Source: the human T2T-CHM13v2.0 reference genome, Homo sapiens
Reading direction: 5' to 3' (one strand)
DNA length: 64,000 bases
NCBI RefSeq assembly: GCF_009914755.1
Contig: NC_060926.1
The position numbers were made by a program, and so were the translations under genes. Numbering within the stretch: the first letter of the stretch is position 1; the number at the start of each line of letters is the position of its first letter. The notes under the pieces were generated by a model. That model saw only the letters and a program-made list of their open reading frames with translations, did no database searches and was not told where the DNA came from. Below, in pieces: positions 1-11,787 of this stretch.

Positions 1-2439
1 GGGTGTAAAGGGGACAGGGAAAAGGGAAAGCTACCAGAGGCAGGGCCCCCCCAGGCCGTGCCCCCCACCCCCGGACACACAACCCCTGTGTGCCACCAAG
101 GCTCCTCAGTCTTCTGATCTGGTGCTGGTAGGCCTGGAGTCCTCCCTCCTCACTGCAGACCCCCGCCCCTGGCAAACCAGCCTGGGGGCCTTCACTCCTG
201 GAACCCTCCAGACCACTGATGGATGAACAGACAGCCCCAGGCCCACACAATCAGCACACTCAGGGTGCCTTGGCCCCTCCCCTTCTCTGAGTACCCGTGC
301 CTGCCTTCCTGGCCTCCTCGGAACACACATGCATTTGCACACACAGACTGGGACAGACTCTGGTGCCCACGCGCCAAGCTCAGAGCCCAGGACAGGCCTT
401 AACACAGAAGAAATAGGGCCCGAGACTGGGGAAGAATGGCCCTGCCCCCAGGCTGTGGGTTTCATTCCAATTTTTTTCCTATTTCTTTTTTTTTCCCCCT
501 TCTTTCTTTCTTTCCTGCAAACATCTGTCCCAGCCTTTCCTGCCCTTCTGAAAGGGAGCCCCGCTCCAGGCTCCCGCGAGAGTGTGTTTTTCTTGACTGT
601 ACCCGGGGCCAACATTTGGTTTGCATTTCCCCACTTCCTCCCCCTCCTCCCCTCTCCCCCTCCCTGGGCCCAGTTCTCCCCTCCCACCATTCCACAGGCC
701 TATTTCTTCCCCACAGTGTCCCCTGCCCACCAGCCCTCCCCTCCCCTCGCCCCCACCTCTGCCCAGGGACAATTGTTGGGGGTCTAGAGGGTGGAAAGGA
801 GGCTGGGTCAAAACCCAAAAGTATTCCCACGGAGCACTAAGGGGGAATCCAGCAAAGTCTGCCCCAGGCCTTCATTGTCTGGAACCACCACGTTCCCCTC
901 CAAAAAAAACCCTTCCTCTTTGAGCTCTGGCCTTGGCTGGACCAACTGAGGGTGGGTGGGGGCCAGTGAATCACCCGCTCTGTTCTTTGGAGCTGTCCAG
1001 GAGAAGGAGGGAGGGTTCAGCCCCACACCCTCCTGTGGACACACACACACACAAGGACACAGTCCAACTCACGTCAACACATAAGAGCCCTCCCAGAGTA
1101 GGCACTTGGAGACCTCGTTCCTAGACTGAGTCACTTAGCAAGAAAAGTTCTCTTGCCTGGCCTCCTATGCACACTGTGCTATACATGCCCTGGGGCCACA
1201 TGCACGGAGGGTTACAGATCCCCTGCCTCCCCCCCCCACTCACCCAAGGCCATGCCATGCCGCTCTCTGTCAGCACCACATACCGTGCAACTACCAGCCT
1301 CCTCTTTCACAGGGATCTGCCCAGCCACTTGTGCCAACTCCCAGCCCAGGGACCACCCAAGACATCTACCTGGGAAACCCCAGAATGAAGGGGAAACACT
1401 GACTCTTCATCTGAAAAAAAGACTGCAGTATTCAGATACACAGGTTGTCCACAGCACAAGGGACTAACCATCTATTGTTTGGTGGTTCTGAGAAGTCAGG
1501 GGAGGACACTGAAGTGAAGTGTCAGTTTCCAGCCCTTCCTAAAGCAGGTACCTGAGTGAAGAGTCTTTGTTCCGGTAGAGGAGTCAGGGTCCTCTCTCCA
1601 TACTTCTCCAAGTCCTCCAGAGCTCTGGGGCTGGGAAAGATCCTGCCTCTAGTGTCCTTCCCTGCCAGGATCACAATGCCCCTCTGGACCCCCTACTCTA
1701 AGCCTCCTGGGGCTTCACTGACATTTTAGCCAACGCTGAAATGAACCAGTGTTCCACATGCAGTTGGCCCTGCAGTCACAGCTGGGGATGTCCATAGACA
1801 GAAACCTCTGCAAACCCTCCCGTCTCCCCTGGCTGGAGCACCAGGCAAGCAAAGGGGAGTGGTCTTCAGGAGGCCTCTCTGAGAGCCCCTGAGCCCCTCC
1901 TCAGCCACTATCACCAGCTCTGCCAGGCTGCCCTTGTCCCCTGACAAGTTCAAGCCTTCAGCCAGCTAAGCCCTGACATCCCAGTGCCCACTCACACCAA
2001 GCTCCCCGCTGCCTGCTCCCACAGCCCTTCACTGCTGGCGTCACTGAAGACGCCTCCAGGCAGCTTTCTCTGGAGTTCTGAGAAGTCACCTTGGGGCTTC
2101 CCAGAAATGCTGGAAAATCAAACCAAAAACCAAGTCACAGTGACACCAACTTGTCTGGCCTCCTACACAGCCCGAGGAGGCCCTGCTGCTTCCCCAGACT
2201 CCTCAGCTAGGACTGTGAATGGAAGTAGGGGACCCTAGTGCTGGGGGTTCCCTTGGAGAAACCCTCCCTCCAGAATACCCCCATCCCTCTTCTCCAAGCC
2301 TATGGGGTCTCTCCTGTATATTAATCGCTTATCATCAAGATGTCCTTCCTGCTAATTAACCACCATTTTCCCTGTTGAATGTTAAACTCTGCCGACTGAG
2401 GTGTCTCTAACTGTGTGTAATGACCCTGTTCCAGGCTTG

Positions 2440-2593
2440 TCAGCCTTTATTCCTCCTTCACAGCCTGGTGTCTCCACCCCAACCCACACACGGGCAAGGA
2501 CGTGTCCTGTGTTTTGTATCCCCAGAGCCTGGCATACAGCAGGCACCAGACATGGTTGAAGAATGACTCAATCACTCAATCAATTAGTCAATG
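2440..2593 (+). mobile_element. L2 3' end
   Basis: gtatccccagagcctggcatacagcaggcac...gttgaagaatga. Confidence 0.55.
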
Positions 2594-4184
2594 GATCCTA
2601 ACATATTTTCCTACTGTAAGCATTCACTGCCTCCTTCCCAAACCTTCCTTCTTTTCCCTTCAAAAGGGCCTCAGGCAGCCCTGCCTGTACACTTTTGCCC
2701 ACAATTTCAGTGCCACCCTATCTGCAGCCACCTCTGCCTGCTGCCAATGCCCCATTCCCAAGCTCTAGCCAGCTGCAGACTCTCCGCAGGCCTGGATGGT
2801 TTCATTCATCTTGGGATCCCCACCCTGTGCCCAGACCCCTGTCTCACACACAGCAGACATGGAGTACACACTGGAGGACTGGCTGGGGCTCTACACTGGC
2901 ATCCCAGAAGCCTCAGAACCCAGCCCCAACCCTGTGCCATCCCCATTTCTGCCTTCCCGCTGCATGCGGAGACCTCCCTCCGCTCATCCCTCCAGCCCCC
3001 TGCTCAGCAGCCAGCTGAAGAAACAGAGTCAGGTCTGTGGGCTGTGGTGCTGGCCCTGGGGCTGGAGGAGGGTGGAGCCAAGGCAGAAGGAAGGGTGAGT
3101 GTGGTCAGGAATGAGCTAATGGCCTTAGAGCCTGAGCCTGGCAGGCCCCTCCCTGGGCCTCAGTTTCCTTTACCTGTAGAATAACAGGACTGATGGCCTC
3201 CAAGGTCCCTTCCAGCTCCACCTTCTGCGATGACACGAGTTTCCCAGGCCAAGGCCCCAGCCCCATCCAATTCACTCTTCCTTTCCTTTGACTCTTGTCC
3301 ACCAAAATATTCTTACTGATGTCCACCCCTCTCCTACCAGGGCGTTAAGCCTTTCCTTTGTCACCACTGGTCACAGCATCTGAAGGTAACAGAGCATTTT
3401 AAAGCTGGAAAGGTCTTCAAGCTCAGCTGCCCAGGGGTCACGGTAACAGCCTTTGGGGGTCACCTAGAAGTTCAATGAGGGGAGCGGGCAAGGGGTCACA
3501 AGGGCCTGGTGAGGACAGGCCCCAGCTGAGGGGGATGCCCACTCCTTGGTTCCCCACTACAGCATGCAGCAACACAAGCCCACATCTCCACATGTTTTGA
3601 TCTGCCATAGAACCCTCAACTCCATATTTTATATAAAATATTTTTACAAAATTGAAAAAATACAAATTTGAAAGTGTTGGCTTAAAAAAAAACCACTCTG
3701 AAGGTCCAAGCGAATGTGTTTGCCAGGAGGGTTAGTCTCAGGGCACCGCTAGCCTAATCCAGCCCCCTTGCTTAACAGACAGCCACACTGCGTCAAGGTA
3801 GGTGGCGTGACTCATCAGAGGTCACAGAGCCCATAAAAAGCAGAGATCCAGTCTCTCAGTTCCCAGACCCTGGATTTTTTCCCTAAACCCTGCAGCCTGC
3901 CACCTCTCACAATGGGGCCACTCACACTGCAGCCTTCCTCCCAGACCATCCTGAGGGGCCCACATCCAACAGGTAAGGGCAGACCTGGCAATGGGGTTCT
4001 TCACCAGTGTCCAGGTAAAGATCCCAACAGCACGAGACCCAGGAATCTACACCAAAGCACTCAGCTCCTGGACCTCCACCCTCTCAGCCCCTCAGATTCT
4101 GGTACTCTCCCCCTTCCCCAGGAAAGATTAATACCAATTAACTAGGCACTTGGCTTGCTGCATTGTCTTGAAGGCTCCTACTAA

Positions 4185-4300
4185 CCCTCATTTTGTAAAT
4201 GCAGAAACTGAGGCACATAGAGGTTCAGCAACCAGCTCAGGGTCACACAGCTAGTATGATGTGTGAAAATGGAGCTCAGGTCATCTGATTCCACATCTCC
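4185..4300 (-). mobile_element. MIR
   Basis: cattttgtaaatgcagaaactgaggcacatagagg...ggtcacacagctag. Confidence 0.7.
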
Positions 4301-5739
4301 CATGGATGGAGAATGTTCTTACAGCAATACGGCCACCCCAGGACTAGGGGCTATGCTTCCATGTTGTGGTGACATGTTAACTGTTCTCTCCACTCGCCTA
4401 AGGGCTGACCCTGAGGCTCGGGGGGTGGGGGGGGGGGGTTCAGCCAGGTCTTGCTTGGCAGGAGAGAGTGGGGAGCCAAGGATAGTGCTACTACATGGGT
4501 CAGGATGAGACCAACTGGCTCCCTAGTGGCTCCAGAAGAGTCAGCGAGGAGAGATCTGGGTGCAGTCAGGGTCTGTCCCCTGATGCCCCTAGGACCTCCC
4601 TTAGGTAAGCCATGTTGCCTCACCCTACCCCTCACCCTCATACACCTCAGCCTCTGAGTCCCGGGTGCCCAGACCTCTAGCAGAGGGTGCATGAGTGGGA
4701 GCTCAAGTCCCATCCATGCCCTACCCACCAAGCCCTGGCATGAGATGCATCAGCCCAGAGCATGGGGCACTACATTCTAATGCCCACCAAGGCACGACAT
4801 GGTCTGGGGGAGGCCCTGCCCTCAGCCTCCACATCCAGCACTCCTCTAGTACCAGATTGAGGTCACTCTCTTGCACTGCAGAAATGTGGGTGCTCTCTGA
4901 GAGAGAAGACAGAGCTCCAACCAGGCCCTGTGTGAGCCTCAGTATCCCCAGCTGACACGAGAAGGAGCCTCACTCACACCCCTTCCCCTACCGCCCCTTC
5001 CCCATCACCCTGGGCGGAGACGTGTCTGGGCCCAATCCCAACAATGCTTAATAAGATCCTTCCCAGAGCTCTACTCCACAATCTTGATCTCTTCCCCAGC
5101 TCTAATTTCCTGCCTGACTCAGGCCCCGCAAAGGCTGGAGGGAGGCAGCTGCAGCTGCTCATCCACCCCCGACCCCCAGTCGCCAGCTCAAATCCTGGCC
5201 CAGAAGGAAAAGGAGAGTGGAGTGAAGTGGTTCCGTCATCCTCTACCTCCGCAAATGGGGAGGGGGTGTTGCTAAGCAGTCTGGGGTCCAACTGACCTGG
5301 TCCTGGCCGGCCATTTCCCACTTCAGGCTCCTTTTCTCAAATCTAGAAATCCAGACTCCATGGCATCTGAACCCAGAACCCAGTGGAATGTGGACAGGGC
5401 TCCAGCCCTGTGATCTGCAGCTGCAGGGCCTGCCTCTCAGCCAATCCCTGAGGACAATGCATTTTGCTGGAAGATTTCAAAGCATACCTTGGGTAACTGG
5501 AACAGAAGCCTGCTGGCACCTTTCCCCACTGCGGAACAGCAGAGAGGGAAACTGAAGCTCAGAGGTAGCACCTGGGAGAAGGAGCTAAAAGTCCAAGCTC
5601 CTAATGGAGCAGAAGAATCCTTCCCATCCATTTGGATGGCAAGCATGGATACTGGGAGAAATCTCTCCATCCCTACATACTCCAACTCTGGCCTGCCTAA
5701 TGGTCTGCAAGATCCCTGCTGGAAGCAGACAATAACAAT

Positions 5740-5985
5740 GATAATATCCCTGTTTTTTTTTTAATCAAACACCTGTTATGGAGTAGGCACAGTTAAACAC
5801 TTTAAATGCATTACCTCATTTAATCCTCACAACACTCCAAACGATGTAGATATTTTCATTATCCCCATTTTACAGATGAGAAAACCAAGATACAGGCAGA
5901 TCCTGTAACTAGCCTAAGGTCTACAGCTGGTAAAGCCAGAATTCAAACCCAAGTGGCTGGCTCCATAGCTGGGACTCTTAACCAG
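5740..5985 (-). mobile_element. MIR
   Basis: ctcatttaatcctcacaac...atccccattttacagatgagaaaacc...aattcaaacccaag. Confidence 0.85.
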
Positions 5986-6960
5986 AATGGTGGACTTCCC
6001 CCTCCCGTGTGACAGGGGACCGTCCCTGCCCCAAGAGAGTGGGTCGGAAAGCCAGGACTTCCAGTCCCTGGGATCCTTCCCCTCATTAGAGGCTCCTGGG
6101 GTCCTGGGGGCTCTAGGTCATGATCTTGGGGTTCTCCTTGCCCTCCAGGGAGAATTTAAAGTTACACACAGTTTTTCCAATTCCCTACTTTGTAGCTATG
6201 CCCCCACCTCCACCTCCACCCTCACGTCTATACTCCCCCCACCCACACACATACACACGTTACACACACGCTGAAGGCAACATCAAGCATCCTCTCTGAG
6301 AATCCCAGGGAGACCGATGCTCAACCAGGACACGCCCACCCACAGCACTGCAGGTTCCCCAGACCCCTGCTCCCGCCCCCAGCCCAGCTGCTGCTCCCTC
6401 CCTGGCGCCCCAGCCCCCATCCTCTCCCTGTCCAGTTCCCTGGTCCCTCCATCCTGAATAAGTGGGAAATCCCTCCTGCCGTCCCCCAGCCACCCCATTC
6501 CCGTGTTCATTTCACTTCCTTACCTCGCTGCCTTAACTCGGTGGCTTCTGGGGATCGGGGGACAGGGGGCATTTCCAGGAACCCACCTTCCCTTCCCACG
6601 GAAATTTGAGAGGGATGCTTAAAACCCCAGGAACTTTACTCCGTATCCCCAAATCCGCCGCCCTCCCACAGACTCCGGGGCTATCCTTCAGACTTCTGAT
6701 CCAAGCCCAAGACACCCAGGGGTGTGCGCTGGGGGAGGGGCAGCAACTCCCCTTCCCGGATCCCAGCAACCTGGGTGGCGACTCCCCCGGAGTCCCAAAC
6801 TCTGCTGAGAACCAGGCTGACGATGGCCGAGACGGAGGGTCCCTGAGAGTGGAGGGTAGTAAGTCAGATCGAATGCCCAGGAGACTGCGGGAGGGAAGCG
6901 TCTGGGAGGGAGGGGGCGGGGGGGGGTCGGAAGGGGCCAGGTGTGGCCGAGAGCATTTAC

Positions 6961-7056
6961 CTGGCTGCGGAGGCAGAAGCGCAGGGGCAGGAGGCACGAG
7001 AAGAGGTACTTGCCCCATCGGATCACGCAGGAGAAGCACCAACTCAGCCGAGTCAT
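6961..7056 (-). CDS. TNS1: Tensin-1 alternative first coding exon (MTRLSWCFSCVIRWGKYLFSCLLPLRFCLRSQ, 32 codons)
   Basis: ATG at 7056 (agcATG, A at -3), 96 nt open, ending in CAG|GTAAAT (phase-0 donor at 6960) inside a CpG island. The peptide matches my recollection of a long TNS1 isoform N-terminus that continues as PEDLEAPK... Downstream exons lie left of the window. Confidence 0.8.
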
Positions 7057-7327
7057 GCTGACCCCGAGAGTGGGCGCCTGGGGCGCGAGGGTCGGAAGAG
7101 GTGGACCCGCCGCTCCTGGCGCAGAGTTCCGGGGTTGGGGCGGGGTAGGAAGGCGGGCGCCCTGCCCTACCCTGTCCCGGGTCTCCCGGAGGCTCAGCCC
7201 CGGAGGAGCAGCCCGTGTCCTGCTGCCCCCTCTAGCGGGAGGAGCGGCGCGGGAGGCCCGCGGCGCGGCCCGGACTGGGCTCCATCTCCGGGGAACCCCC
7301 ACGGGGCGCGGGCAGCAGGGGGCTTAC

Positions 7328-7620
7328 ACCCTCAGGGACTCTTCCTCCGCGGCTTTCTCCTCCCCTGGCTGCGTGACAGCCTCCGCCTCCTGCTTCCCGG
7401 GCGCGCTGCGGGGCGGATGCCGGCACCCCGGCAACTTCTGAGGTTCGGGGAGCCGCGCGGGGGAGGCGGGAGGGGAGCCGGCAGAGGCGGCGCCCGGCGC
7501 CGGGCGTCCGGCGTCCACCTGCGAGGAAGGAGCAGCAGCCGCGGGAGCCGGGGCGGCGGCGGCGGCAGCATTGTGCTCCTGGCTGCAGTGAGGGTGTGAG
7601 CCTGCGTGTGTGAGTGAATG
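7328..7620 (-). other. TNS1: Candidate non-coding (5' UTR) first exon of TNS1
   Basis: Minus-strand GGT|GTAAGC donor at 7327 at the edge of a GC-rich, GCC-repeat-containing segment in the CpG island. The 5' boundary is a guess. Confidence 0.5.
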
Positions 7621-9774
7621 CGGATTCCCTCCAGAGCCCACTCCAATTCCCATATTGCTCCCCAGGGCATAATGTAATTAACTTAAACGGAGGCCTCCGG
7701 CTTCCATGACCCAAGTAGACACATCCCTGTTCCAGGCGTGCACGTGGGGACTCTGTGCACAATCTGGACCAGCTGTCCAGTCCCACCTCCAACCTCTGAC
7801 CCTGGCCACACACTCCGACTCCTCAGCCAGGATCTCTCTCTATCCCACTCAGTGTGAGGGCGCTCAGACGTTCAGCACATCCAAAGAGCCCCCACAGGTT
7901 GGAAGGGACCCTGCCTGGGAGAGAGGAGAGCTGGACCAGCACTCTAGGGCTGGAGCTGCAGCCGCCTGCTCTGGGTTCAGGGCCTCCACTTCACATCTTC
8001 TCCCTTCTGCGTGCCCTTGCCTACCTCTGCTGTGCTCAGCTGAACAGAGGATGGGGCCCTCTCAGGAATATTGTGTGAGGTCATCCTATTAGGACCCTAG
8101 AACTAGGGAGAGGGAAGGAAAAAGAGGGGAGGCGGAGGTCCTGGACTCTAGAGAGAGATGGGGAGAGACACAGAGACAGGTAGACAAAGGCAGAGAGAGG
8201 CAGGCAGAGAGTGCGGAGAGCTGGAGGGGCACCCATGAGCATTGCCCGGGGTTCTGTGGCTGCAGAGAAAGTGGGAGGGCAGGCAGCCAGCCAAGCCGGG
8301 AGAGAAGAGGGGCGGAGGAGCTGCCAGGGGGCCTCTTCCGCAGCAAGCGCCACTGGAGCCCAGCCAGACCCCTCCCCCATCCCCCTGGGGCTGGGCTGCC
8401 CTAGCACCATCTCAGGGCCATTTTTCCAGATGATGCTGCCTCCCTGTCCCCTTCCTCTCCTGCACCAGCCAGGGTCCCTTTCCCACTGTGTGGGCGGAGG
8501 CCCTGAAAGTTTCTCAGCTAGCTCACCCCTGCCCCCAAGCTCTCCTCCGCCTGCCCCCCGCGACAGATTCCTCAGGCCCTGCCCGTCCCCATTGCAGCTC
8601 CCCACCTCGAGACAAGGCAGTGGGGTCCAGCATTTGGAGGAGACTAGCAGGACCCCAGGGAGGGAGAAGGAAGAAGAGGTTCCTACTGGCGAGTGGATAG
8701 AGACGGGGGAAAGAGAGACATTAGGGGCCCTCATCCTCTAACAAGCCCTCCAGCAAGGGGGATCACTCAACAACCACCACACATGCTCTGGATAAAAGCT
8801 GGAGGGGGCATCAGGGAGGTAGGAGGAGAGGTAGTGTGATCCCCACACTAAAGTGAGCCCATCTCCAACAGGCCGGGCCTTTGTTCATGCCCACAATCTC
8901 AAGGGAAGCCCCAGCACTGCTGAGTCCTGTTCCAAGTCTGCAGAGGGGGCCTTCCTCCTCTTCTAGGGGCCTTCAATCTCTATAGCTTCCCTACTCCTTG
9001 TCAGAGGAAATAGATAAAGGGAAATAGATAAGACATGAGACAGAAGGAAATGGGGTTTAATGCATCGCAAGTAGAATGAAGTTTCATCCAAAGGAATCAC
9101 TTGTGGAATTTCTAAAATAGGAGGAAGTTATTCAGACAATATTGGCTAAAGTGTGGCCCTGCCTAGATTAAGAGAGGAGGACAACATGACTTTTAAGAAA
9201 ATTACCAAAACCTTCTCAGCACTTGGGCATGAGAGACACTCAACAAACAGAAGGAAAGAAGAGTGAGCTGGTAGAAAGGGAAGGAAGTAATGATGGCATC
9301 CAAGGCTTCCCCGCCTGAAGCCAATGATGAACTGAGCTCAGCAGGGCAGAGTCCATTTCCAGCCACTGCCCAGCATGAGGTGCCTCAAGCCAAGGACACT
9401 CCAAAGAGAGAGGAGAGAGTCCAAGGCTCACAGGGACCTGAAGCCAGGCCTGCCACTGCCTGGAGGGTATCCCAGCTTCCCACTTCCAACTTCTGGCCCC
9501 CCACCCCCCATACCCCATATAGCTTCATGCCAGGTACCTCAATACCTGAAGGTCAATGCCATACTGCCACAAGTACTCTGTTCTGTTTTCGTCACCAAGG
9601 GAGGTCAGAATCCCAAGGATAACAGCTGCAGGGTCCCCAGACCCTCCTGAAGCCACTCCAGAACCTCCTGAAAGATTCTAGCCAGGACCCCCTTTGCTTC
9701 TTCTTTCACCAAAATTCACATATGGGAGTGGGAGAGTTGGGTGGGGGGTTCTAATCCCAAATGATCTTCTCTCA

Positions 9775-10335
<561 letters not shown>

Positions 10336-11717
10336 TCACATGAAGAGATCTCTCTGCAGCCCCCATGTGGAGGTCCAACAGTGGCCCCCAGCTCCTCGCA
10401 TCTCCCTCCCCAGTGCTACTTTTGAAGAGCTGGTCACCATCCTCCCAGGTTAACCCATCCTCTGGGGACTGCTTGTCCCCCTGCTCATGTGACATGGCCC
10501 TCTCCAGGCTCCCACAAACCCTGGACCTGCCTCCAAGCCTTAGCACCCCTGCTTATCCTCCCTCCCGCACCTCTCCTCAGCCACAGAGTCCAGACTGGCA
10601 AGGGGGGCTATACTGGGGGTCTGGCCAGGAGTTGGAGGAGGAGGAATGACTTCTCCACACCCCACCATATCCATGCAAGCAGAGATCTGGATTCTGAGTG
10701 CAGGCCAGGGAGGAGGCTCCAGAGTCTATGGCCAGGTGGGATGGAGTCCATGTTTGCAGACAGTGTCTTCTCTGGGCCCTTCTCCCCAAGTTTGCCCTGG
10801 ATCTGGGTTAGGAGGGCCCCTTATTCCCCCAGAGAAGCAAGAAAAGAATGGGAAACTTCCCAGAGGCAGCCAGCACAGGTGTTGGGGAAACAAGAGAGCA
10901 GGTCATGGGAGGAGGGCCCACCTGGCTCAGGGCAGGCACAGAGCCCCCTCTGTCACAGGCCCTCAGGCCCACAGTTTCCCTGGCTGGTTTTGTCTGCAGG
11001 GGCACAAAGGCAGCTCCTGTTAGGGAGAATCACTTGGGCATCTGATCGGAGACTCCAGCTCTTGCTTTCACACCCACAGACAGATGCACAGAGACCACTC
11101 CCCGGGGACCCCCCAGCCTTTCTCCACCATTAGATGGGAACATCACTGCAGGCCCACCTCTCCCCCACCCGCTGGAGAGATAGAGTTTCACCACTCTCCC
11201 AGTCACAGAGAGTCCTCCCATGATTCCCAAGGGGCTGTCCCTCGGGTACCAACTTCCAAGCAGGTTCCCAGGCCCCTCAGCACCCACACCAGGGATGGAT
11301 TTCACCAGCTGCACGCATGGGTGAACTGCCCAACCATATACAAGGCACGGAACTCACACCCAGCCTCTCTCCATACAACAGAATATGGGTTCTTGCGGAG
11401 CTGGACTCTGCAGGAGTCTATCTAATATGGACTCTGTGTCAATGACTCCTGGGCCTCCTCTGATCACCCCATTAAAGTCCTTCGATTGCTTTGAGCCTCA
11501 AATCTATGTGACATCAATACGTTCATTTCTTCCTAGCACTTAGAACTGTTTCTTGTTGATACATTTGCTGGCTTCTTCCCTGTCTCACCCCTTTTCCTAC
11601 CAGAATGCCAGTCCCAGAGGCCCTTGTCAGTGTTCATGCCTACATCCCTAGTACCTAGCATGGTACCTGCAGGTGGCCCATAATAATGAGTTATTCAGTA
11701 AGTTAAAGGATTGCAGG

Positions 11718-11787
11718 AGGGAAGGAAGGAAGGAAGGAAGGAAGGAAGGAAGGAAGGAAGGAAGGCAGGCAGGCAGGCAGGCAGGCA
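11718..11787 (+). repeat. (GGAA)n-(GGCA)n compound microsatellite at an L2 tail
   Basis: About 11 GGAA units followed by about 5 GGCA units. Confidence 0.95.

Larger units (their letters stand above)
6750..7620. promoter_or_regulatory. CpG island / TNS1 promoter
   Basis: Dense CpG with GC boxes (ggggcgggg at ~6913 and ~7137) around two candidate first exons. Confidence 0.8.

Noticed and set aside
3624-3641. 18-bp AT-only palindrome atattttatataaaatat
   Set aside because: Low complexity, probably within an old transposon fragment.
6606-7813. Overlapping long ORFs on both strands
   Set aside because: CpG-island artefact; only the 32-codon exon with a donor is supported.
11334-11430. CArG-like strings (ccatatacaagg, tctaatatgg)
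   Set aside because: They do not fit CC(A/T)6GG.
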